A stretch of 64,000 nucleotides of DNA from an uncultured Verrucomicrobiota bacterium (GTDB taxonomy: Bacteria > Verrucomicrobiota > Verrucomicrobiia > Limisphaerales > CAIMTB01). The stretch covers positions 52,395-116,394 of the forward strand of contig CAYZAE010000002.1 in assembly GCA_964476125.1 (NCBI GenBank), in the 5' to 3' direction. The notes under the pieces were generated by a model. The model had not been told where the DNA came from, searched no databases, and saw nothing but the letters and a program-made list of their open reading frames with translations. How positions within the stretch are numbered: the stretch's first letter is position 1; every line of letters begins with the position of its first letter. Below, piece by piece: positions 1 to 9,632 of this stretch. Both the position numbers and the translations under genes were made by a program.

Positions 1-344
1 ACCGCGACGTCGCCGCCCTTGAGCGTGACCCCCAGACCGAGGGCCTCGATGACCCCGCGGCCCACTTCGAATTCCAGGGGATCATAACCGAACAACGCCA
101 GGTGGCCGGGACCGCTGCCCGGGGTGATTCCCGGCGCGACCGGGATCATCCGGCCCTGGGCGGAATCCTTGGAAAGCGCATCCAGGTTGGGGGTCCGGGC
201 GGCCTCCAGGGGGGTCAGATAGCCCTGTTCGCGGGTGGCGATATCGCCCAGCCCGTCGAGCACGATCAGAGCGAGCTTGGTGCCGCTCTTCACGAGGAGT
301 TTCGAGTAGGTTTCGTCCAGAAGGTTTCCAGTGTCCGATTTCAC
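1..344 (-). CDS. apgM: cofactor-independent phosphoglycerate mutase, ApgM (archaeal) type; 5' part only, gene runs off the left edge
   Basis: Own minus-strand translation; the ORF is absent from the track because it is edge-truncated. Sequence: VKSDTGNLLDETYSKLLVKSGTKLALIVLDGLGDIATREQGYLTPLEAARTPNLDALSKDSAQGRMIPVAPGITPGSGPGHLALFGYDPLEFEVGRGVIEALGLGVTLKGGDVA. It fits the ApgM pattern ILDGxGD...TPLExAxTPNxD...PGSxxxHLxxFGYDP...GRGxxEAxG. The start is uncertain: GTG at 344 is the candidate, and the frame stays open upstream without an ATG. Confidence 0.6.
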   Translation of the reverse strand, partial: MKSDTGNLLDETYSKLLVKSGTKLALIVLDGLGDIATREQGYLTPLEAARTPNLDALSKDSAQGRMIPVAPGITPGSGPGHLALFGYDPLEFEVGRGVIEALGLGVTLKGGDVA

Positions 345-525
345 GGTGGGATCGATCTCAGGTTCTCCAGCTCCGGTTTTGTCCGAGTCCGGATCGGAAG
401 CTGGCCGGGAAAACCGGCCGCACTTCCGGAACAGCAGGCTGTGGAAGAAGACCCCGACCGTCAACGCGATTGTCCCCGGCTTTTTTGCGGGGAACCGGCT
501 GCGGCACTTCCGATGACGACCCCGA

Positions 526-960
<435 letters not shown>

Positions 961-1059
961 TCATGTTCATGGTCTCCGGGGATCCCCAGGCAGGCAGTCC
1001 CGCCCGGGGTTGGAGGTTTTCAAATCAAGGTTCGCGCGTTACGGTCCGGCCGCATCGAC

Positions 1060-2277
1060 ATGACTGGATCACGTCTTCCATGGGTTCTGCTCGGCTGGCT
1101 GTTGGCGGCCCTTTCCACCCGGGGCGCAACGCCGACCGCCGACGGATTGTACGCCGTGTTCCGCGTGAATCGGGGGGCCGCGGCGCTTGGCGAATTCGCC
1201 TGCCGACTCGAATTCGAGAAGGTTCCCCGGACCGTGGCCAATTTCGTCGGGCTGGCGGAGGGGTCGTGGCCGTTTGTGGATGACCTGTCCGGCCATGCCG
1301 CAAAACGCCCGTTTTACGACGGCATCGTGTTCCACCGGGTCGTGCCGGGCTTTGTGATCCAGGCCGGTTCACCGAACGGGCAGGGCACCGATGGGCCCGG
1401 GTACACTTTCCGGGATGAATTCAACAGCTCCCTCCGCCATTCCAAGGCCGGGATTCTGTCCATGGCCAACAGCGGACCCCACTCGAACGGGAGCCAGTTC
1501 TTCGTCACCCTGGCCCCCACCGCCTGGCTCAACGATCTGCACAGTGTGTTCGGGGAAGTCGTGGACGGCATGAACGTGGTGACGAACGTGGCCCAGGGGG
1601 ATGTCATCGCCGGGGTCACCATTCTCCGCAACGGTGCCGCCGCCCGGGCCTTCGTGCCGTCCGGCCAGGGTCTCCCCGAATCAGCCGGCGTCCCGGCGTC
1701 CATCGTCCTCCAATCCGACGCCGTACGGCTCAACTACTCCCAGACCGCCAACTCCGAGTTCTTCGTGTATCACTCCGACCGCGTCGACGCCAAGGCCTGG
1801 GCCCAGGTGGCGGGCCAGGAAATGCTGGGGACCGCGCCGGTGGCCTCAACGCGCGATGTCACGGCCGTTTCGGCGGGGAAACCGGCGAAGTTCTACGAGG
1901 TCGTGCGGGTTCAGTATCCCGACCCCATTCACACTCCGGCCTCCGTGGCCTCGAAGCTGGTGAGACTCACCGACACCGGCGGATTTGTGATCGCCTTCTC
2001 GCTGAGTTCCGCGACTTCGGGAACCTACACCTTCACGCAGGGCGCGTCGGTGCTGGGGCCGAATCCGGTTTCCAGCTACAGCTGGACGCAGGAGGCCTAT
2101 CGCGGCCGCTTGGTGACGGGGATCTCCGGGCTCGCGTATGGCAACGATCCCGTGGTTCAGGCGAGCGTCAATCTGCTGCCCCTGTCGCCGACCAACGGGA
2201 CCTACAGCGGCAGTCTCGGCACTGCCACCGGGCAGTCGGTGCCCATCAAGGGGACCTTCGGCATCAGTGGACTCTAG
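1060..2277 (+). CDS. secreted cyclophilin-type peptidyl-prolyl cis-trans isomerase with a roughly 230-aa C-terminal extension
   Basis: ORF 943..2277 trimmed to ATG 1060, where MTGSRLPWVLLGWLLAALSTRG looks like a signal peptide. Cyclophilin core motifs are present: VANFVGLAEG, FHRVVPGFVIQAG, SMANSGPHSNGSQFFVT. The C-terminal half has no motif I recognise. Confidence 0.85.
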   Translation: MTGSRLPWVLLGWLLAALSTRGATPTADGLYAVFRVNRGAAALGEFACRLEFEKVPRTVANFVGLAEGSWPFVDDLSGHAAKRPFYDGIVFHRVVPGFVIQAGSPNGQGTDGPGYTFRDEFNSSLRHSKAGILSMANSGPHSNGSQFFVTLAPTAWLNDLHSVFGEVVDGMNVVTNVAQGDVIAGVTILRNGAAARAFVPSGQGLPESAGVPASIVLQSDAVRLNYSQTANSEFFVYHSDRVDAKAWAQVAGQEMLGTAPVASTRDVTAVSAGKPAKFYEVVRVQYPDPIHTPASVASKLVRLTDTGGFVIAFSLSSATSGTYTFTQGASVLGPNPVSSYSWTQEAYRGRLVTGISGLAYGNDPVVQASVNLLPLSPTNGTYSGSLGTATGQSVPIKGTFGISGL

Positions 2278-2355
2278 GTCTCGGCCTCCGCCTTCCACCG
2301 GGCCGCTCCTGACGCCGGGAAGCGCCGGTCCCTTCAGGGACTCAGGATGCTGCGG

Positions 2356-3186
2356 TCATTGTCCCAGCTGCCGGTGAATGCGGTGGATCGTGCTCTGGAG
2401 TGTGGGGGCGCTGATCCGGATCTCGAACGTCCGCTGGTCGTCCACTTCCCGTCGCCAGAACGTTCCGCCGGCCCGCTGGAGGATGAGGCCGGCCGCCGCG
2501 ATGTCCCATAACCGGACGCCGTACTCGATGTAGGCATCGAAACGCGCCGAGGCCACGTAGGTCATCGAAAGAGCTGCGGCCCCCATGATCCGGATCTTGC
2601 GCACGCGGTGGACCAGGTGGTTGAACACCGGCAGCATCAAATCGAGGGTGTGCCCCGACTTTGCAAAGCCCATGGCCACCAGCGATTCGTCCAGTTTCCG
2701 GCGCGGGTAGACCGCGATCTTGCGGCCGTTGAGGCGGGCCGGTCCGGTGAAGTCGGCCGACCAGAGTTCATCGGTGAACGGTTCGTAGACCACGCCCAGC
2801 AGGGTTTCGTAGCCGTCCTCGTAGGCGGCGGCATCGGGTTTGCGCCCGGGCTTCGTCCGGCGCTGGAGGGCAATCGAAACGCAGGCATGGGGCACGCCGT
2901 AGGCAAAATTGACGGTGCCGTCGATGGGATCAACGACCCAGCGGAGGTCGGCGTCGATCACCGCCGCTTCGCCTTCCTCGCCGAGAAACGCGGCTTCGGG
3001 CAATGCGCGGCGGAGCATGGACTCGATGCGTTTCTGGCAGCGGACGTCGAGTTCCAGCTTGATGTCGTGCTGGGTGGCGAGATTGACGCGTTTGGCGGCG
3101 TTGAGGTTGGCGTGCATGAGCCGGCCCGCGGCACGGGCGGCGTCCTGCGCGGCCAGGAGGGCGGCTCGGAGGGTCTTGGGGTTCAT
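2356..3186 (-). CDS. inositol monophosphatase family protein (SuhB-like)
   Basis: Contains FLGEEGE, WVVDPIDGTVNFAYG and a C-terminal WDIAAAG, the IMPase metal-binding signature motifs. Confidence 0.9.
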   Translation of the reverse strand: MNPKTLRAALLAAQDAARAAGRLMHANLNAAKRVNLATQHDIKLELDVRCQKRIESMLRRALPEAAFLGEEGEAAVIDADLRWVVDPIDGTVNFAYGVPHACVSIALQRRTKPGRKPDAAAYEDGYETLLGVVYEPFTDELWSADFTGPARLNGRKIAVYPRRKLDESLVAMGFAKSGHTLDLMLPVFNHLVHRVRKIRIMGAAALSMTYVASARFDAYIEYGVRLWDIAAAGLILQRAGGTFWRREVDDQRTFEIRISAPTLQSTIHRIHRQLGQ

Positions 3187-3214
3187 CGATCGCGATCGGT
3201 CGCTGTCGGGAGCA

Positions 3215-3697
3215 TCAGAGGGGCAGGGGCCTGCCGTCGAGATCGAGGAATTCGGTGCGAACCCCCTCGGGCGTCAGGTGAAGCAGCGCCAGGCTTCGGG
3301 GAAGTCCGAAACGCGGGGATCCCGCGGAACCCGGGTTGAGAAACAGGACGTCCCCGATCGTGGCCTGGTAGGGGCGGTGGGTGTGTCCGAAAACCACCAT
3401 CCCGGCCCCGCTGCGGGTCAGTCGCTGGCGAAACGCCGCGCTGGGAGCCTCCGGCCGGACGATGTGCTCGATGAGAATGCGACGGCCACCCCACTCCGTG
3501 ACTTCCGTTTCCCGCCAGCCGACGAGTGGATCGTTGTTGCCCAGCACCACCGTGACCGGCGCGATGAGGCCGAGTTCCTGGATGATCATGGGGTCGCAGA
3601 CATCCCCGGCGTGAAGGATGCGGTCCACGCCGGCAAACCGGTCGTGAACACGGGAATCCAGAACATTGTGGGTGTCGGAAATGAGTCCGAGAACCAT
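3215..3697 (-). CDS. metallophosphoesterase (YfcE/MJ0936 family)
   Basis: The motif series is present in the canonical order within 160 aa: SDTH, HAGD, GNND, GHTH. Confidence 0.85.
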   Translation of the reverse strand: MVLGLISDTHNVLDSRVHDRFAGVDRILHAGDVCDPMIIQELGLIAPVTVVLGNNDPLVGWRETEVTEWGGRRILIEHIVRPEAPSAAFRQRLTRSGAGMVVFGHTHRPYQATIGDVLFLNPGSAGSPRFGLPRSLALLHLTPEGVRTEFLDLDGRPLPL

Positions 3698-3856
3698 GGC
3701 AGGTTGGGGTGGAACAGGTGGCGATGGACCCCGGAGGCATCGGCACGACGCGGCGCGGGGACGCGGAGACCATCCAAGGCCGGGTGGGACGGGATCCAGC
3801 CCAAAGACAGGTTTGGCGTGGACGTCCCGGGGGCGCGGCGGGTTTGATCTCGCGCG

Positions 3857-4738
3857 ATGATTTCACCCTCGGCGTCGACCCTGCGCGCGTTCCGCACCTG
3901 GCTGGTGCTTGGGCGGGTGTCGAATCTGCCCACGGTCTGGTCGAATTGTCTGGCGGCCTGGCTGCTGGCTGGGGGCGGGTCGATGGGGCGGTTCCTGGTT
4001 TTGTGTCTGGGGGCGAGTCTGGTTTACGTCGGGGGGATGTTTCTGAACGACGCGTGTGATGCGGGTTTCGACCGGCGCGTTCGAAACGAACGTCCGATTC
4101 CGCGGGGCCTGGTTTCGGAGCGGGCGGTTTGGCGGGCCAGTGTCGGGGTGCTCGGGGCGGGTTGGCTGCTGCTGGCATCTCTGGGAACCGCCACGGCGGG
4201 TCTGGCGTTCCTGCTGGTGGTGGCGGTGGTGGTCTACGATTTCACCCACAAGTTCGTGCCCTTCTCGCCGGTCACCATGGCCTTGTGCCGTTACCTGTTG
4301 TTCCTCGTCGCGGCTTCCGTGGGATGGAACGGCGTGGTGGGCGATGCGATCTGGAGCGGTCTGGTGCTGGGCCTTTACGTGGTGGGCCTCAGTTATGTCG
4401 CCCGCGTGGAATCGACGGGCGGCTTGATCCGGTGGTGGCCGCTGCTCGGCCTGCTGGCGCCGTTCGGCCTCGCGGTTCTGATGAACCCGCCCTACGCGTG
4501 GAGCCGTCCCAGGGTCATCATGCCGGCTGTCCTGCTGGCCGTCTGGAGTGCCCGATCGCTGGTGGAAATGCTGCGACCCGGGGGCGGCGGGCCGAAGGCC
4601 GCGGTCTCGGGCCTGCTCGCGGGCATCGTGTTCGTGGACATCCTGGCCACCATTCCCGCGCCCTGGCCCTGGGGAATCCTGTTCCTCGGATTCTTCGGCC
4701 TGGCGCTTCTCTGGCAGCGCCGGGTGCCCGCGACCTGA
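3857..4738 (+). CDS. UbiA-family prenyltransferase (integral membrane)
   Basis: NDxxDxxxD motif (FLNDACDAGFDRR) with multiple hydrophobic helices throughout its 293 aa. Confidence 0.8.
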   Translation: MISPSASTLRAFRTWLVLGRVSNLPTVWSNCLAAWLLAGGGSMGRFLVLCLGASLVYVGGMFLNDACDAGFDRRVRNERPIPRGLVSERAVWRASVGVLGAGWLLLASLGTATAGLAFLLVVAVVVYDFTHKFVPFSPVTMALCRYLLFLVAASVGWNGVVGDAIWSGLVLGLYVVGLSYVARVESTGGLIRWWPLLGLLAPFGLAVLMNPPYAWSRPRVIMPAVLLAVWSARSLVEMLRPGGGGPKAAVSGLLAGIVFVDILATIPAPWPWGILFLGFFGLALLWQRRVPAT

Positions 4739-4892
4739 GGTCCGTGCCGGAGCCGGGCCGGGGTGAATTTCCGAAATGTCGGAGGTGGATCTGGTGAACT
4801 TGAGTAAGTGACTTTCGCTAGGGACCTTGCTTGGGGGGGCCGAGGTGAATCCGTTTGACCCCGGGGGGTGAAGGTTCGTATGAGATCCCCCC

Positions 4893-5936
4893 ATGAATCG
4901 GAAAAAGGGATGGCTGGTGGCGCTGCCGCTGGGAGTCATGGCGGTGCTGTCGGGCCAGGGGGCGGTTCAATTCCAGTTCACCTATGCGGATGTGACGGGC
5001 AGCACGGGCACGGGATTTGACGATGCGGTGCTTGGAGCGACCCGGCGTGCGGCTCTTTCCAGTGCGGCGGGCCTGATGGCCAATTACTTCTCCAGTTACA
5101 CCGCCACCATCACGGTGAACGTGACTTCGGTGTCGCTGAATTCATCCACCCTGGCTTCGGCCGGCAGCGGGGTTCCCGCCACGGTGGGATTTCAGCCGAC
5201 GGTGGTTCAGACGAAGATCATCTCCGGAACGGACCTCAATGGCGCTTCGGACGACGCGCAGATCCAGTTCAACTTCTTCCATGGGTGGGATTACGACGAT
5301 ACGATTTCCGGGTCCCTGTTTGATTTCAAGGCGGTGACCATGCATGAGATCGGGCACACGCTCGGTTTCTTTTCCTGGATCAGTGAGACGGGCACGGGGG
5401 GATTCAACAATGCTTCGGGAACGGCGGACCTCTGGTCGACCTTCGATAGTTTTCTGACCGACGCGGCCGGGAACCGGTTGGTGAAGACGGATTTCAAGTA
5501 CGACACCTCCCTGGGAACCGGGCTGCTGAAGGGCAATCCGGGAGTCTTTTTCAGCGGGCCGAATGCCATGGCCGCGTATGGCGGTCGGGTGCCGATCTAC
5601 ACCCCGACCACCTTCCGTGAGGGCAGCAGCATGTCGCACACCGACGACAACACCTTCACGGGCATCAATGACCTGATGATGAATGCCACGGTCGGCACGG
5701 GGCCGGGCGTTCGCACCCTGAGTGCGATCGAGTTGGGCATCTTCAGGGACCTTGGGTACGCGTCGGTGCCCGAGCCGGAGACTGTGGTGTGGTGGGCGGG
5801 CCTGGGCCTGTTCGGGTGGGCGGCTGGGCGGCGGGTGCGGGTCACTTTCGGCGGCTCAAACCGCCCCCTCCCCACCCCACGCCCGTCCGCCGCCCCACAT
5901 CAGAGCAAAGCGGCAGAGGGCTGGCCCACTCCCTAG
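4893..5936 (+). CDS. secreted zinc metalloprotease-like protein with a PEP-CTERM-type sorting motif
   Basis: N-terminal signal-like MNRKKGWLVALPLGVMAVLSG. HExxHxxG zinc motif (MHEIGHTLGF). C-terminal VPEPETVVWWAGLGLFGWAAGRRVR reads as PEP + TM + Arg cluster. The ORF continues about 35 aa past the basic cluster. Confidence 0.7.
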   Translation: MNRKKGWLVALPLGVMAVLSGQGAVQFQFTYADVTGSTGTGFDDAVLGATRRAALSSAAGLMANYFSSYTATITVNVTSVSLNSSTLASAGSGVPATVGFQPTVVQTKIISGTDLNGASDDAQIQFNFFHGWDYDDTISGSLFDFKAVTMHEIGHTLGFFSWISETGTGGFNNASGTADLWSTFDSFLTDAAGNRLVKTDFKYDTSLGTGLLKGNPGVFFSGPNAMAAYGGRVPIYTPTTFREGSSMSHTDDNTFTGINDLMMNATVGTGPGVRTLSAIELGIFRDLGYASVPEPETVVWWAGLGLFGWAAGRRVRVTFGGSNRPLPTPRPSAAPHQSKAAEGWPTP

Positions 5937-6017
5937 GACCGTCCCCATGTGGAGTGCGGGTTGTTTCGTCGGACTGCGACGAACCCCGGGGATCGTGCTC
6001 CGGGCCCAAAAGCAGAA

Positions 6018-6042
6018 CGCCCGGGTCCAGGCGACCCGGGCG
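6018..6042. terminator. perfect 9-bp stem hairpin between convergent genes (candidate bidirectional terminator)
   Basis: CGCCCGGGT-ccaggcg-ACCCGGGCG. It lies between the stop of the + strand protease (5936) and the stop of the - strand SNF2 gene (6077). There is no clear U-tract. Confidence 0.35.
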
Positions 6043-6076
6043 GAGCAGACAGGGGTGGGACCTGGGGATCAGTCCA

Positions 6077-9000
6077 TCAATCTTCCGAGAACAGGTATTC
6101 CAGGTCGGTGCTGGTGAGATTCTTGGCGAATCCTTCCTCGCCGAGCACATCGCTGATGGTCTGGGCCTTCTTCTGCTGCAGATCCCAGATCTTTTCCTCG
6201 ACGGTTCCCGGGGAGATGAGGCGGTAGGCGTTGACCGTGCGGGTCTGGCCGATGCGGTGGGAGCGGTCGATGGCCTGGGCTTCGACGGCGGGATTCCACC
6301 ACGGGTCATACAGGACCACGTAGCTGGCGGTGGTCAGGTTGAGGCCGGTGCCGGCGGCGCGGAGGGAGAGCAGGAAGACCGCGGGCCGGGTTTCCTCGTG
6401 GAAGGCCTTCACGACCTCCTGCCGGTCCTTGGTGTTGCCGGTGAGGATGTGGGTGACGATGGAGCGGGTGCCGCATTCCCGTTCGAGGATTTTGAGCATC
6501 TCGACGAACTGGGAGAACACGAGGACCTTCTCGCCCTTTTCCATGAGCGGTTCGAGCAGTTCGAACAGGGTCTCGGTCTTGCCGGAGGAGGTGTCGCTGC
6601 CGACCAGGGAGGGATGGCAGCAGATTTGTCGCAGCCGGGTGAGGGCGGCGAGCACGTGCATGCGGCTTTGGGCCAGACCCTTGGTCTGGAGCGCCTGCAT
6701 GACCTGGTCGCGGCTCCGCCGGAGTTCGGCGAGATAAAGCCGGCGCTGGTCCTCGCCGAGTTCGCAATCCCGGCGTTCCTCGATGCGGTCGGGGAGATCC
6801 TTGGCGACCTGTTGTTTGAGGCGCCGGAGCATGAGCGGACGCAGCTTGGCGGAGAGCCGGCGGCGGTTGATCCGCTGGGCGGCGGGATCCTCCCGGGGCG
6901 CCTCGTAGGTCTCGTTGAAATCCACCTGCGTGCCGAGGTAACCGGGCTGGATGAAGTCGACGATGCTCCAGAGGTCGAGCAGCCGGTTTTCGAGCGGGGT
7001 GCCGGTGAGGGCGAGCCGCTGGAGGGCCTTGAGCTGCTTGACGCACTGGGTCACCTGGGCCCCCGGGTTCTTGATGAACTGGGCTTCATCCAGCACCAGC
7101 GCCTGGAACTCGAACTTTTGCAGTTCCTCGAGGTCGCGGCGGAGCAGCGCGTAATTGGTGACGACGATGTCGAAGTTCGGGATCTGCTTGCGGAGGTTGT
7201 GCCGGGCGGAACCGCTCTCCATCACGAGCACCCGCATCGAAGGCGCGAATTTCTCCGCCTCACGACGCCAGTTGTGGAGCACGGAGGCGGGGCAGATGAC
7301 CAGGACGGGCTTGGATTTGCGTCCGTGCCGGAGCTTGAGCCAGAGCAGCCAGGCCAGGGTCTGGAGCGTTTTCCCGAGCCCCATGTCGTCGGCGAGAATC
7401 CCGCCCAGATGGACGTTGTTGAGGTGGCAGAGGAAGTCGAAGCCCTCCTTCTGGTAGGGACGTAGCTCGGCGTTGAGACCCTCGGGAAGGTCGGTGTCCG
7501 GGACGCCCTTGAAGTTGGTGAGCCGCTGACGGAGAGCGCGGGCCTCGGGGCTGTCGCCGAACTTCTGCAGGGACGTTTCGTCCAGGGCCTTGGCCTGGAC
7601 CATGTCGACCTTCTGGGCGATGGGCACGAGGCCGTCGACGCCGAGTTCGGCCATGGTTTCGTGCGCCTGGGTGACAGCTTCGGTGTCGAGCTCGACCCAG
7701 CCGGCGTCGGGCAGTTTGACGTAGCGGTTGGTGGCGGTGGCGAGACGCTGGAGGTCTGCGGGGGTGAGTTTCATCCCCTCCTGTTCCCATTCGGCGGAGA
7801 CGGAGAGCCAGTCGATGCCGCTGCCCTTGACCAGGAGTTTGGGCTTCAGTTTGCGCGGCTGGAGGAAGAGCCGCTGGAAGGCGGGGTTGCCGAGGAATTC
7901 GGCGCCGTTGGGTTTGCTGCCCCAGACGAGGGAGAGTGTGCCGAGGAAGTTTTCGTTGGCATCGCCGACCCAGAGGCCGGGTTCGGGGGTGAACCAGTCG
8001 AGGCGCCGGAGCCAGCCGATGGCGTTGTCGAGGCGTTCGTCGTCGAGCAGGTCGGGTTTCTCGGTCTTGCGGGAGCCCTGCCCGGCGAAGATCCATTCAT
8101 GGCCGTTCCACTGCCAGAGCGAGTTGTCGCGTTCGCTGACCGCGAGCAGCCGGAGGCGGACGACTTCCTCGCTGAGTTCGAAGATGAACTGGGGCCGGGC
8201 CTTGTGACTGACGCAGAGGCTGTCCCAGCGGTTGTCCTCGTGGGCGTGGGCGCGGCGGAGCTGGGTGAGCAGCCGGTGGTTCAGTTTGCGGATGGGCAGT
8301 GTCGGCTTCTCCAACAGGCCGGTCAGCAGACGCTCGCTGGGGGCGTTTTCGAGCAGGAAAAATTCGCCTCCGACCAGGGCCAGGGGAAGTTCGCCGCTGA
8401 AGAAGTGGACATCGGCGAGGCCGAATTTACCTGCGGGAGTCTCGACGGAGTGGGCGAGGCTGAGTTCCTGGTCGCCGTTATCAAGGCGGTAGGCGAACCG
8501 GGCGAGCTGGCCGCGGAACAGGAGCGGGACCTGGTCGGTGTGGGTCAGCATGCGTCCGATGCGGCCCCAGCGGACGAGCCAGCGGAGCAGTTCGACGCCC
8601 TCGAGCAGGAGCGGTTCGGGAACGGGATCGCAATGCCGGTACTGTTCGGCGAGCCAGCGGATCAGGTCCCAGTCCTCGGGCGGGAACAGTTCCTGTTCCT
8701 GGGTGGCGCGCAGGGTCAGTTCGATGACTTCCTGGAGGGTGCGGTCCTTCTCGCCGGTGCGGCTGCGGACGATGTTGAAGGCGATGGCAATGCGGCTGAG
8801 GCCGCCGCCGTTCTCGGGCCGACGCGGTTCGCAGAGCACGCGGAGGCCGGCGCGTGGGGAGTCGAGGTGATCGGGGGCGGGGGGGAAGAGCCACCGTTCC
8901 AGGTCATCGACCATGAGTTGGTCGCGTTCGGCCTGTTGCTGCTGGGCGAATCGTTCGAAGTTCGCGTGGGAAAGCAGTTCGGTGGGCAGGGCGCGGTTGG

Positions 9001-9376
9001 CGCGGAGGAAGAGGTGGGCGGTCTCCTCGAGGCGTCCTTTGCCCTGGGCGCCCATGAGCCGGGTCCACCAGTCGTCGCCCGGAAAGTCGCGTCGGGAGAG
9101 ATTCAGCTTCTCGAAGTAATCCTCGAGCAGGAGCCAGGCTCGCTGGGGGTCGGCGCAGGCCCCGAAATGCCCGAGAATCTCGCTGCGCTCGGCGACCGCG
9201 GCCTTCGAGTCGGAGAGTTCGCGACGCAGTTCGGCGAGGGCGCCGTAGGCGCGGCCGAGGACGTTGTGATGGGCGTCGTACCGCGCGGCGGCGGCGGACG
9301 AGCGGAGGACGGGTGTCCCTGTGTTCTTTCTTCCTCTGGGCATGGCTACTTCAAACGACCTGCAATGAAGTTTCAT
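6077..9376 (-). CDS. SNF2/Swi2-family DEAD/H-box ATPase with a roughly 640-aa uncharacterised N-terminal region
   Basis: Helicase motifs: LRPYQKEGFDFL, ILADDMGLGKTLQTLA (motif I), LVLDEAQFIKN (DEAQ box), LTGTPLENRLLDLWS, and a C-terminal helicase lobe with DPWWNPAVEAQAIDRSHRIGQ. An alternative start ATG at 9343 (MPRGRK) is possible. Confidence 0.9.
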   Translation of the reverse strand: MKLHCRSFEVAMPRGRKNTGTPVLRSSAAAARYDAHHNVLGRAYGALAELRRELSDSKAAVAERSEILGHFGACADPQRAWLLLEDYFEKLNLSRRDFPGDDWWTRLMGAQGKGRLEETAHLFLRANRALPTELLSHANFERFAQQQQAERDQLMVDDLERWLFPPAPDHLDSPRAGLRVLCEPRRPENGGGLSRIAIAFNIVRSRTGEKDRTLQEVIELTLRATQEQELFPPEDWDLIRWLAEQYRHCDPVPEPLLLEGVELLRWLVRWGRIGRMLTHTDQVPLLFRGQLARFAYRLDNGDQELSLAHSVETPAGKFGLADVHFFSGELPLALVGGEFFLLENAPSERLLTGLLEKPTLPIRKLNHRLLTQLRRAHAHEDNRWDSLCVSHKARPQFIFELSEEVVRLRLLAVSERDNSLWQWNGHEWIFAGQGSRKTEKPDLLDDERLDNAIGWLRRLDWFTPEPGLWVGDANENFLGTLSLVWGSKPNGAEFLGNPAFQRLFLQPRKLKPKLLVKGSGIDWLSVSAEWEQEGMKLTPADLQRLATATNRYVKLPDAGWVELDTEAVTQAHETMAELGVDGLVPIAQKVDMVQAKALDETSLQKFGDSPEARALRQRLTNFKGVPDTDLPEGLNAELRPYQKEGFDFLCHLNNVHLGGILADDMGLGKTLQTLAWLLWLKLRHGRKSKPVLVICPASVLHNWRREAEKFAPSMRVLVMESGSARHNLRKQIPNFDIVVTNYALLRRDLEELQKFEFQALVLDEAQFIKNPGAQVTQCVKQLKALQRLALTGTPLENRLLDLWSIVDFIQPGYLGTQVDFNETYEAPREDPAAQRINRRRLSAKLRPLMLRRLKQQVAKDLPDRIEERRDCELGEDQRRLYLAELRRSRDQVMQALQTKGLAQSRMHVLAALTRLRQICCHPSLVGSDTSSGKTETLFELLEPLMEKGEKVLVFSQFVEMLKILERECGTRSIVTHILTGNTKDRQEVVKAFHEETRPAVFLLSLRAAGTGLNLTTASYVVLYDPWWNPAVEAQAIDRSHRIGQTRTVNAYRLISPGTVEEKIWDLQQKKAQTISDVLGEEGFAKNLTSTDLEYLFSED

Positions 9377-9632
9377 TGCCGCATGTTACGGCGAGTCCGG
9401 TCAAATCATTATTCCGGTTGTCGAAGGGACCTCCGATGTCCCGCGGAGGGCCTGGGAGGGGCGAAAACACACGGGAAATCGAGCGTGCTAAGGCTCGGGA
9501 TTCACCCCGCTGATTTCGCTACCGGAGGGGGCCGGGGCGCCGATGGGGCGAGCTCTCCGAGGGCGCCATGCGGAGCTGTGAAGGAAGGGTGGCCGTGGCG
9601 GCGCGCTCGCAGATCGCGCCCTCCCTACCCGA

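Noticed and set aside
9377-9632. Searched the rSAM-SNF2 spacer for a precursor-peptide ORF or structured RNA.
   Set aside because: Minus-strand ATGs give ORFs of at most 16 codons. The only + strand ORF (9313..9513) is Arg/Gly-rich and overlaps the SNF2 start. Only a weak 5-bp hairpin (gcgcg...cgcgc) is present. Nothing is supportable.
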